Shown here: piece after piece, positions 16,321-26,324 of the stretch | How the letters are laid out: each line of letters starts with the position of its first letter | How positions within the stretch are numbered: the stretch's first letter is position 1 | Source of the DNA: Micromonas pusilla | Taxonomy: Eukaryota | Assembly (NCBI GenBank): GCA_000151265.1 | Contig: GG663739.1 | Span: 412,071-444,070, forward strand | Direction of reading: 5' to 3' | Length of the DNA stretch: 32,000 nucleotides | The notes under the pieces: generated by a model | Told to the model about the DNA's origin: nothing | Database searches by the model: none | Seen by the model: the letters and a program-made list of their open reading frames with translations, nothing else | Position numbers and translations under genes: made by a program

Positions 16321-17697
16321 TCACACGCCGAGCTCGGCGGCGGCGTCGACGAGGTCTTTCAAGTTGACCCCCGCGCCCTCCATCGCGTCCCACTCGAACC
16401 CGGGGAACAAATCCTCGATCGCGAGCGAGCCGCGACGGGTGCGGAGATGTATCGCCGCTTTCGCGAGCGCCGCGTTCGCGAACCGCAAACCCGGCTCTTT
16501 CTTCGTGTGCCCCGCGCGCACTTGCCTTCTGACGAGCATCCAGCGCTCCGCGGCTTTCGACGGCGCCGTCGGCGGCATGGGCGCCTTCGCCGCGCTCGGC
16601 TTTGGCGTGAAATACGCGACGACGCACGTGACGTCGTCCGCTCGCGTGTCCTCCTCGCTCCAGGACGCGTACGCGGCGCGCGTGATCTCCTCGCACGCCC
16701 CCAGCGCGTCGCCCTCGTATCTCTCGCATATCGCGAGCACGGTTTCATTTTCCATAAACTCAAAGACGCCGTCCGACGCGATCACGAGGCACCGGCTCGC
16801 GTCGTCCAAGCGATACGACAGCGTCTCCGGCTTGGCGCTGATGCCGAGGCTCTTGCCTATTGTGTCGCCTAAACTCCGCGTGAACGCGCACCCGGGGTAG
16901 TGCTCATTGTTCTTGAACACCCGCGGCGGGTCGTCCGCGGCCTCGATCGTCTCCTCGCCGAAGTCTTCGCTTAACGGAACCTCGCCGAGGATCATCCCGA
17001 GCGTCGCAAACATGACGTCCTCGGTCGCTTCTCTCTTCATGCGCACGCGCTCGTCGTGCCGGAAGCACGTCTGGTCGTGCGTCACGGGTAGGACCTTCCA
17101 CCTAGGACTGGCGTCGTTCTCGTTCGTTGGCGTCGCGATTCCAAAGATCGCCCTCGAGTCCCCGACGTTCGCGACGTGCAGCATGTCCCCGATCAAGTGC
17201 GCGACGACCGCGGTCGTTCCCGACAACTTCGCGTCCTCCCCGAGCTCGCGCACGATGACGTCGTTCGTTCGCTCGAACGCGGTCGCGAACGCGGAGGGCG
17301 CCGCGTCGTCGCCGTCGAGCGGCGACGCGCGCTTGTGGTCGCCAAGATGGTTCTCGAAGGCGTCGTCCGCCCGCAGCTCCTTCAGCGTCCTCGGGAACGT
17401 CGCCGCCGCGATCTGCGCCGCGTCCTCGCCGTGGACGCTGTGGCCGTCGAAGACCCCGAGCAAGCATTGGTTCGCGTCGCCCTCGAACGCGACGTTGAGG
17501 ACGAAGGTGTCTTGGTTCACGTGCGCGCGCGTTTTGTCCGGGTAGCAGCCCTCCTGGCACACCGCCGCGGCGACGACGCGATGATGCGCGAGGTCCGCGG
17601 TCGCGATCGGCATGATCTCGCGGCGGGTGCGGTCCATGAACAGCTCCGTGGGTTTCTCCTCGGGGGGTTCGCGCGTCGGCCACCATCGCGCGGACAT
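16321..17697 (-). CDS. PP2C-family Ser/Thr protein phosphatase
   Basis: 458-aa ORF with PP2C motifs GVFDGHSVHG, GTTAVVAHLIGDMLHVANVGDSRAI, FTRSLGD and LVIASDGVFEFM. Confidence 0.9.
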   Translation of the reverse strand: MSARWWPTREPPEEKPTELFMDRTRREIMPIATADLAHHRVVAAAVCQEGCYPDKTRAHVNQDTFVLNVAFEGDANQCLLGVFDGHSVHGEDAAQIAAATFPRTLKELRADDAFENHLGDHKRASPLDGDDAAPSAFATAFERTNDVIVRELGEDAKLSGTTAVVAHLIGDMLHVANVGDSRAIFGIATPTNENDASPRWKVLPVTHDQTCFRHDERVRMKREATEDVMFATLGMILGEVPLSEDFGEETIEAADDPPRVFKNNEHYPGCAFTRSLGDTIGKSLGISAKPETLSYRLDDASRCLVIASDGVFEFMENETVLAICERYEGDALGACEEITRAAYASWSEEDTRADDVTCVVAYFTPKPSAAKAPMPPTAPSKAAERWMLVRRQVRAGHTKKEPGLRFANAALAKAAIHLRTRRGSLAIEDLFPGFEWDAMEGAGVNLKDLVDAAAELGV

Positions 17698-18090
17698 TGC
17701 GGAGAAGCGTGGATTTTCGAACGCCTGTGATTGCTAAGCGATGAGTGCCAGCCAACGGTCAACGCACGCGGACGTCCCGGGCGAGGGCTCGCTTCGCTCG
17801 CGCGCTCGCCCCGAAGCGCGCAGCGTCGGCTCGCCGACGCGCGGCGACGCCGAGCGCGTTCGACCGCGGCGAAGTCCGTGGCCCGGCGTCGGCGTCTCTG
17901 CGCGCGCGCGCGGCAGAGATCTAAATGTGTGATAGCATTGTGTGTGTGTGATCCAATCATAAGCTTAGTTGTCTCCGTCGCAGTGTCCGAACAACACAAT
18001 CTGGATCTGACTGGACAACTTCGTGACATGCTACACGTGTGTACACGTAGCCCTATGGCTTTTTAGTCAGGACAAACGTAAGACAAAACC

Positions 18091-18092
<2 letters not shown>

Positions 18093-18124
<32 letters not shown>
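18093..18124. repeat. Uninterrupted A32 tract inside an AT-rich island
   Basis: Direct count from the coordinates: A from 18093 to 18124. The surrounding ~17920-18210 is visibly much less GC-rich than the rest of the window. Confidence 0.95.
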
Positions 18125-18127
<3 letters not shown>

Positions 18128-18300
18128 GTACTCGTACGCAGGTGACTGTTTGCGCGTGCACGATTTAACGATCGAAAATACAGGTACTGTAACACCTTCG
18201 TAAACAGTTGAACCGTGAACGACGGTCTAAAATCGCACCGCACCCGCTACTGCTCCGCGTACCCAACGACGGTCGCCCTGACCCCCCCTCTCCCCGTCCA

Positions 18301-19101
18301 TCACGCGGCGCTGTCCGACAACTTCGCGATCAGCGCCTCCTGCTCCTCGCGCACGCGCGCCAACGAGTCAAACTCCGCGCGCAGCCGGTCGAGCTCCGCG
18401 CGTCGTTCGCGTCGAAGCGCCCCCGTCTCGGCGCGCGCGCGTCGCCGACGCGCCGCCTCCAGGGTCGTTCCATACGAGCGAACGTCGGGGTGGAGTTGAA
18501 AGGCGTCAGAAGCGGAGTTGAAAGGCGCCGAGGGCGGGGATTGAAAGCGGGGGGTGTGCGGAGAGATGCGCCGGGCAAAGTCCTTAAGAAACGGCGTTCA
18601 CCACGCGAACGCGGTCGTACGGGGACCAGTGTACAGAACGCACCTCCGACGCCGCCTGGTTCCGCTTCCCCACCGCGCGCAGTTTCTCGCGCTCGGTGCG
18701 CGCCGCCTGCGTCGAGGCGGGGGTTTAAGGCGAAGGGAAACGAAGCGCGCGCGACGTCAGCGGGGAGAGCACGGGATGGAGGGAGGGAAGAAGGAAGAGG
18801 ACGGAAGGACGAGGGACCGCGGGAGGGAAGACGAAGACGTGAGCGTATTAAACGACAGCGACGGCGAGCGACGATCGATCGACGACGCGCCTGCGCGTCC
18901 ACGGCGTCGACGACGGTCTTCACGATGTAGTTCAGCCGCGTGACCTTCTCGCAGAAGTCCTTCGCGCCGTCCGCGAGCGCTTGCGTCTTGTCGAACTTCT
19001 CCGCGTCGAGCACGCGCACGCGGAACGACTGCGGGACGCGACGCGGGGAGGGGAGAGACGACGGCGAGTGAGCGTTCGTCGACGCGCGGTTTCGATTTTG
19101 A

Positions 19102-19132
<31 letters not shown>

Positions 19133-19283
19133 AAGGGCGGACGACCGCGAGGGGACCGCGGCGCGCGTCGAACGCGGCGACGACGACGCGGGGAGGAGGA
19201 GGGCGACGACGCGCGGCGCGGGTGGGTCGCGCGCGGGCGCGGGCGCGCACCTCGTCGAACGTCACCGCGCTCTCTTCCGCCAT
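18301..19283 (-). CDS. IFT20: Intraflagellar transport protein 20; 4 exons, 129 aa
   Basis: Exons (minus strand) are 19283..19251, 19028..18891, 18706..18644 and 18456..18301. The product is MAEESAVTFDE-SFRVRVLDAEKFDKTQALADGAKDFCEKVTRLNYIVKTVVDAVDAQ-AARTEREKLRAVGKRNQAASE-AARRRRARAETGALRRERRAELDRLRAEFDSLARVREEQEALIAKLSDSAA. It is colinear with animal IFT20 as I recall it (..[51 protein letters not shown].. followed by a C-terminal coiled coil) and similar in length (about 130 aa). Intron 3 is an IE. The intron 2 donor is uncertain: GC at 18890, or GT at 18872 adding 6 aa. Confidence 0.85.
18457..18643 (-). mobile_element. Introner element copy D (187 nt); intron 3 of IFT20
   Basis: Minus-strand reading begins gtgcgttctgtacactggtccccgtacgaccgcgttcgcgtggtgaacgccgtttcttaaggac and ends ..ccccgacgttcgctcgtatggaacgaccctggag. 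Phase 0 on both sides (..tcg gag | gcg gcg..). Confidence 0.9.
19102..19130. repeat. (ACG)n trinucleotide run inside IFT20 intron 1
   Basis: Direct reading: acgacgacgacgacgacgacgacgacgac. Confidence 0.9.
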
Positions 19284-20026
19284 CGTTGACCACGACGCGG
19301 TGCCGACGCGAGATGCCGCGACGACCGCGCGACGCGAGCGGCGGCGGCGACGCGCTCTTCGCGGCTGGCGGTCGCGCGCGACGCGCGGCGCGACGCGGGC
19401 GGCGGCGGCGGCGACGACGACGACGCGCGGGGTCGCGAGGACGCGCGACGGTCTCGAGCGCGCGCGCGACTAGCGACGGACTCCCGTCCGCGGCGAACCG
19501 CGCGCTCAAAAAAAATCTCGACTCCACCGAAAAGTGCTTCTTCGCGCGGTCGCACTCCGCGCCGCGCCTCGCACGCGGCATGTCCGCGCCGCCCACCACC
19601 CCCGCGCCGAGCTTCTCGGAGATGTTCACGACAGGCTCCGGGAACGTCGTGACGTCTCCGAACCCGGAGAACGTCGCGAGAGCTTCCCGCTTCCTCGACG
19701 AGAGCACGCCAGCGCCCGCGCCGTGGCGACGGCAGCTTCCCGTGCGCCCCGCCTCGCCTCGGCTCGCTCGCGTCGCGCGGCGCGGCGTATCGCTCACGCC
19801 CCCACCCCCGCCCCTTCCTCTTCCGCGCGCAGCCGCAGCACGAGCGAGAGCCAGACGCGAACGCGAGCACGCCGAAACGCCGCAAGAGAGAGGAGTGACG
19901 AGCGACGCGCGAGACGACGAACGGAAGCAGAGCGGAGACGGAGAGAAGAAAGAACACGCGTTGACGACGAGTTTAAAAACGACCGACGTTTAAAAACGAA
20001 CGAACGACCGACAACCGCGCGCGAGT

Positions 20027-23000
20027 CTAATACGCCTCGTCGTCGTCTTCGTACCCCCGTCGCGCGTCCTCCGCGTCCGCGTGCAACTCCCGCACCACGT
20101 TATACAGCGTCTCCTCCAGCGCCCACTCCGCGAGCGTGCGGAACTCCGGGTTCGCCTCAGCCTTAGCCGCCTCCGCGTCGAACGGCGTCGGCGTCGGCGT
20201 CGGCGTCGGCGCGCGAGGCGAAGCCTCCGCGGCGGCGCCCCTCTCGAGCGCGTCCGCGATCGACCCCGCGACGCTCGCAGCCATGGACGCCGCCTTCGAC
20301 CCGTGCGGCGTCGCCGTCATCGACGCCGCCCTCGAGCTGAGCTTCTTCTGCAGCGACTTGATCGACGACGCGACCGACGCGCGCGACGGCGGCCGCGACG
20401 CCGTCGCCGGCCTCGAGTCGCGCTTCGTCGGACTCGCCGCGGACGCCGCGGACGCTGGACGCGAGGACGCGCGACTCGAGGACGCGAGGTCCGGCGTCTT
20501 CGGCGGCGACGCGATCGACTCGCGCGCTCTGAGCGCGCGCGCGGGCGCGCCGCCGCCCACGAGCGAGAGGTAGAACGGTATCTCCTCCTCCTCGAGATCG
20601 TCAAACTCTCGCTGAATCTCTGGATCGCGCGCCGTCTCGCGCAGCAACTCCGCGATCATGAGCGCGGCGTCCTCCGCGGTGAGGTCCGCGGGGAGCGTCT
20701 CCACCCTCGGGTCCGGTCGGTACGTCGGGATGAAATGCCGATCGAACGCCTCCGCGCCGTGCTCCTCCCTGAACGCCACCTCCGTCTGCACGATCCCCTC
20801 CACGCCGAGCGCGACGACGTGGTCCGCCGGCGGCGGCGGCGGCTTGGGCAGCGTCTTCTCGTGCTCGCGCCTGTGCCGCGCGGTGAGCTCCGGGAAGGTT
20901 ATAGCGCTGTTCTCCGTGCTCGCGTGCAGGACGGACATCCGCTCCTTGCTCGCGTACGAGACCCACACTTCGCTCTTGCCCTGCTTCTCGAGCTTCGTCG
21001 GCATCGACGGCGCGGGCGCGCCCTGCTCGGCGACCGCCACCGGCCGCGTCTTGGCCTCCTCCGCCAAACGCGCTTCGTACTCGAGCTCCTCCCTGGACGG
21101 CGTCGTCGGCGTGAGCTCGCATCGCACGGCGCCGTCGAACACGCGCGGATCGGTGCCCGCGGTGAAGATCACCTTGATCATGACGCTCTCGCCGCGATTG
21201 AGGACGCCCTCCGCGGGCTCGATCGCGAGCGCGCCGATCGTCTCGTTCCCCGCGAGCGCGCAGAGGTTCCACTTGAAGTCGTAGTCAAAGTCCGAACACG
21301 ACGTCAGCGCGACGACGCGGCGCACGATCGCGAGCGACGGGATCTCGCCGAATGCGCACGCGTGCGTGGACAGCTGGAACGGCGTCGCCGGCGGCAGCGT
21401 CGGCGTCGGGCGGTACCCGATCCATCGCGAGCGGTCGATGTCGCCGAGAGCCGCGCCGTCGTTCGCGGCGCCGTCGCCGTCGCCGTCGCCGCCGAGCGGC
21501 GAGACCCCCGCGCCTCGAATCGTCAGCACCGAGTTCTCGCCGCCGTGTATCTTGATCTCCACGGACGTCTCGTACACCTTCTCCTCCGCGGGCTGAAATA
21601 TCCAGTCCACGGACGCGACGCCGAACGCGGGGACGACGCCGCTCGGGTTCAGACATCGCAACACCGGGAACCCCCACGCGTCGCGATTCAGCGCCTCCGC
21701 CGGCGCGACGTCCACGACGTATCGTATTGCGTCCGCGCACGGATTCCGCAGCTCGATCGACTGCGTCGGCGGGCGCATCTCGCCGATGCGAACGGGAGAG
21801 AGCACGTGCGTCGCGATCGGCGCGTTCGCGGGGCCGAGGTCGAGGCACTTGGCGTCCAGCGCGACGGTCCGACCGCCGAGCTCCAACCGCACGGAGCGGC
21901 CGTCGGCGATCGTCAGCAACGCCGTCAGCCAGTGCGCGCCGACGTGGTCGTGCGCGTACGTGATCGTCACCGCGGTCTTCTGCCCGGGCTCGAGGTGGCC
22001 CCTCCGCGGGTACACCTTCACGACGCCGTTGTCCACGAGCCACATCTGGTGCGCGTCCACCTCCGTGTCGGGCTCCGAGAGCTCGACCCAATTCTCCGCC
22101 TCCACCTCGAGCTCGTTGCGGAACAGCACGCGCCAATCCGCGGGGAGCGTCCCGACGTTGGTAACCTCGAGGTGCGTCACCGTCGCGGGCGCGCCCTCCA
22201 CGTGCACGCCCATGCCGGTGGCCACCGCGGAGAGCGGCGCGAGCGCGCGCGAGGAGACGATCGTGCCGTCGACGCCGCCGTCTTTCGCCATCTTGTGCTC
22301 CGCCGGCGTCGGCGGCGTCGCCAGCTGCGCGTTGAGCGCGTTGATCGACAGCCGCTTCCAGAGCAGCGGCTTCGCGACGCCCTCGCACGCGGCGTCCGTG
22401 ACGCGGAGCGTCGGGAAGTCCGCCGTCGCCCGCGCCGCGGTCCACGGGAGGTCCGCCTCCGTCTCCGGCGGGGTCGTCTCCGCGGCCGCGAACGGCAGCG
22501 TGGACGACCGCGACGCCGCGGTCAACGAGCTCGTCGTCGTCGCGTTCGATTTCGGATCCGCGACGGTGTGACACACGACGCGAAACTCGCAGTCCGTCAC
22601 GCGCTGCCGCCCGACGAAGGACACCACGACGGGGACGACCGCGCGCGCGTTGATCTGGCCGATCGGCGCGTCGAAGCTCACGTCCGCGTCGAACTCGGAC
22701 GACCCCTCCGCGAAGACGCACTCGAGGCGGTACCGGATCATCCCCGCGGACTGATTGTAGAGCTCGATCGTGCGCTCCTCCTTTTTGTCGACGAGGCACG
22801 TCCCGAACGTCAACGTCCGCGGCTGCATCGTGAGCGCGCCGGAGAGGCCTTCGCCGCCGACGCTGACGTACACGCGCTCCTGATCCGGAAGCACGCCCTC
22901 GCGCGCTTGCCTCGGCGTCTGCGGGACGCGGACGACGAGCGGCACCCTCGCCGCGAGCCGCTTGACCTCTCTCGGGGAGAAGTTCCACGTCGACGTCAGC

Positions 23001-25756
23001 GTCTCGCCGCCCTTCACCGTCCCCGACGCCGGCGACACCGCGAGCACGCCCGCGAGCTTCTCCGGGATCGCCCACTCGTACAGGATGTCTATCCGCGATT
23101 TGTTCACGACGTTCACGTCCCTGGTCGTGATCGCGCCGACGCACGTGGGCTTGAACACGAACGAGTCCTCGTCCCCGACGACGAGGCTCGGGACGAACCC
23201 TTGCGCGCGCGCGTTCAACACGAGGACGTTCTTCTCGCTGCCGTTGAGCGAGCACGCGATGCTCTCGACGTGCTGCCGCGTGTCGCGCGCGTCGAACCGG
23301 AACGTCACGAGCGCGTGCGAGTGCGGCATGACGTGACCTTTGCTCGGGAAGCATCGCAGCGGCGACGCGGCAGCCGCCGCGGACGCGTTCTCCCCCTCCG
23401 TCGCGTCCGGGCGTTTCGTCGGAAACTCAAAGCCCACCGCGGTGTCGCCGTCGTTGATCAGCGCCACCGTGAGATACGCGCGCTCGCCGCGCACGGTGGG
23501 GGGGGAAAACAGCCGCCCACCGCGGCAGGAGAAGTGGCACTTGGGCATGAACGCGTCGAACATGGCGCGCGCGTCGCGGAACGTGTGCCCGTTCGCCCGC
23601 AGCGTCGTCGTCCACGGCGGCACGAAATTATCCGCGGTGACTTGCCGAAACGACCGCATCGTCTTCACGTACGCGAAACACTCGAGCTGCCTCGTGTAGT
23701 ACCGGTTGTCCATCGACGGACGGAACGTGACCTTAAACTCCTGCGTCTCGCCCGGTCGGACGTCCGCGGCGTCGGGGGTGACCGCGTACGGCCACCTGGC
23801 CGCGGACTCGGCCATCGCGTCTTGGGTCTTCGCCGAGGTGTCGCCCGTCGCGAAGTGCTCTTGCCCGCCCCAAAACACGACGAGCTTCTGCGGGGTATCG
23901 TTCCTAAGGACCACCGTCTTCGCCTCGACCAGCCGCGTCGTGCTGCACGCGCCGAAGTCGAGGTCGGTCACGTCCAGGGACACGCCGCAGTGCGCGTCCG
24001 GCTCGAACAGCGAGCCGAAGGTGTCCGACGGCGGCGCGGCCGCGGCTTCAAAGCGACGTCGGGGTGGAGTTCAAAGGCGTCAGTTGGCGTTGAAAGGCGC
24101 CGAGGGCGGGGATTGAAAGCGGGAGGTGGACGGAGAGAGTCGACGGGCAAAATTCCTTAAGGATCGGCGTTCACCACGCCAATGCGGTCGTATGGGAACC
24201 AGTGTATAGAACGCACCTTCTTGCGCCGCCACCTCCTCCTCGTACGGCTCCCTGTCGCCCGCAATCGGCGGCTGCCCGGGGGATATCAGCCCCAGCGCGC
24301 ACCGCGCGCGGTACGCCTCGACGTGCGAGAGGTACATGGGCGCCGGGCGCCGCTTGGAGTCGTACGACGTGCCGACCGCGTCGAACGCGAGCGGCGGCGC
24401 GTCGCGGAGCGTCACGACGACGCGTTTGTGATAGTTGGCGCACTCGATTGGCGTGAACGTCACCGTCACCGTCGCGGCGGACTTCGGGGGGATCACGCCC
24501 CGGTCGGCGTCGAGCGAGAAGACGCCCAGCGTCTCCGAGTTGATCTGCCAGTGGCAACTCACGTCGCTGTCGTTCTCGATCTGCACCGTGCGCGTCGGCG
24601 TCTTCCCGATCTCCGCCGAGTTGAAGTTGATCTTGTGTAGGCTCAGCGAAACCTTCGGCCCGATCGCCGTCCCTTTCAAGAGCAGCACCGCGACGTTCCC
24701 CCCCGGGGTGATGAACTTGAACGTCTCCGTGCTGAACATCCCGGGCACGCTCGGCGTGTACACGAGCTTGATCATCTCCTTGCCGCTCGCGTCGATCCTC
24801 CCCTCCGCGCCGTCCCACAGCCTGCCGTTTTTCGAACCCACGCGAAACACGTGGTCGTGGAGCGCGTCGTCCGCGACGCGCTCGATCGCGTACGACGCGC
24901 CGACGACGCTCTGGTTCACGAGCCACACGCACAACTCCGTCGTCTTGCCCACGACGACGTCGCCGAAGTCAACCACGCGCTCGGACAGTCGCACGTACGG
25001 GAACTTCCCCACCGCGCTGATCTTCGTCTCGGACGCGGCGACGCCGCCGTTGAGGACGAGAGCCGCGCGCAGCACCGAGACGCTCGCGTCCTCGGGCGTG
25101 AACTCCGCGCGCGCCATCCCCGTCTCGCCCGGCTTCAGACGCCCGGTCAGCGGGCTCAGCGCGAACGCGCACGGCGACGGGATCTTCCACTCGTACTCGA
25201 ACGGCTCGTCGCCGTCGTTGACGAACGCGAAGTCTTTCGCGATGCGCTCGCGCACCGCGCCGTAGCCGAGGTCGACCGCGGGCGCGAGCGCGACGGACGT
25301 CACCGGCAGCAGCGCCGCGATCGCGACTCGAAACGTGTCGTGCGGCTCCGGGTGTATTCCGCGGACTTTGAACTCCACGAAGTCCTCGTACTGTTCCGTC
25401 TTGATCGGGCGAAACGTCACGTCCACGCTCGCGCTCATCCCGGGCGAGAGCGTGATGACCTCAGGGAACTCGAGCTCGAAGTACTTCGTCTTCGGCATGC
25501 GGTACTTGAGCTTGAGCGTCTTCGTGCTGACGTTCTTCAGCGCGATCGTGCGGACGTACTCCCCGCCGGGCTCCCACGTCCCTCCGCGCCACGTGAGCCG
25601 CTCCGGGCAGTCGATGCCCCAGACCTGCACGCGCTCGTATCGCGCGGTCATCGTCGGAGGCGCCAACGTCTCGTACCGCGACGTGGTGGTCGCGCCCGCG
25701 CCGCGCGCGCTCCCGCCGGGGGGGAGCGAGGTCCCGACCGCGGCGCCGCGGCCCAT
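20027..25756 (-). CDS. Giant ciliary-type protein with multiple MSP/ASH (PapD-like) beta-sandwich domains, CFAP65-like; 2 exons, 1852 aa
   Basis: The track ORFs 24080..25756 and 20027..23983 are joined by removing the IE at 24046..24216. The junction is phase 1 (caa gaa g|gt .. ag|cc gcg), which recreates codon GCC and keeps both long ORFs in one frame. The N-terminus ([75 protein letters not shown]) shows the ASH/MSP pattern seen in CFAP65 and hydin-type proteins, as do many later modules (e.g. [22 protein letters not shown]). Size and N-terminus resemble CFAP65 as I recall it; this was not searched. Confidence 0.8.
24046..24216 (-). mobile_element. Introner element copy E (171 nt, 3'-shortened); the only intron of the CFAP65-like gene
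   Basis: Minus-strand reading begins gtgcgttctatacactggttcccatacgaccgcattggcgtggtgaacgccgatccttaaggaa and ends ..ctgacgcctttgaactccaccccgacgtcgctttgaag. Confidence 0.9.
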
Positions 25757-26227
25757 CTCGGCGGGCGGGCGGACGGACGGCGCGAGCGCGCGTTCCGATG
25801 CGTGCGCGCGAGCGGACGACGGTGCCGTGCGTCGCCGCGCCCCGCGCGCGCTCTCTGCCGCGCGATCGACGGCGAGAGCGCGGAGGATTGACTTCCGCGT
25901 TTGGAAGCGAGCGGCAACGAATGGATTCTTGAAAGGGCGTTTTCATCGGCGTTCTCGGCGTTTTTCATCGACGTTTCTTTCAAAATCGGCGACGTTCAAA
26001 GGCTGCTTGACCCTCGCGATCGCCGAACGTATCGATCCTCGATCGAATCGACGGCGACGGCGGACGCGAACGTGCTTGGCTTCTGTTGGCGGCTGCGGCG
26101 CGCCCGCCGCGAGCTCTCTTTTCGACGCACCGGGCCGCGACACCGCCGGCGCCGCGCGTTCCGTGTACACGCGTCCGTCCCGTTCGAAGGACACGCGAAG
26201 ACGCGCGGAAGAGAGGGCGAGACACGC

Positions 26228-26262
<35 letters not shown>

Positions 26263-26324
26263 GCGCGGAGAAGGGCAGCGCCGAGGCAGGGTTTTTCACC
26301 GCGGCGCGCGCGGTTCCGCCCGTC
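25757..26324. promoter_or_regulatory. Divergent intergenic region (CFAP65-like on minus, eIF3e on plus); presumed bidirectional promoter
   Basis: 568 bp between two divergently oriented start codons. It contains a (GTC)10 run at 26231..26260. No specific promoter motif was identified. Confidence 0.35.

Noticed and set aside
18093-18124. A32 tract as the poly(A) tail of a retroposed gene or SINE
   Set aside because: I could not find a flanking target-site duplication or a recognisable upstream element body. It is kept only as an alternative hypothesis in the AT-island finding.
19286-19993. ORFs in the IFT20/CFAP65-like spacer (plus 19286..19993, minus 19262..19957 and 18757..19797), considered as a possible small gene
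   Set aside because: All are Arg/Ala/Ser-rich low-complexity sequences. They overlap one another in several frames and run into IFT20 exons out of frame. One short stretch (ALATFSGFGDVTTFPEPVVNISEKLGAGVVGG, minus strand) looks protein-like, but I cannot build a supported gene model around it.
20081-24160. 1359-aa plus-strand ORF, the longest in the track
   Set aside because: It is extremely Arg-rich and low in complexity. It lies exactly antisense to the well-structured CFAP65-like coding sequence and runs through the IE. This is the typical antisense shadow ORF of a GC-rich gene.
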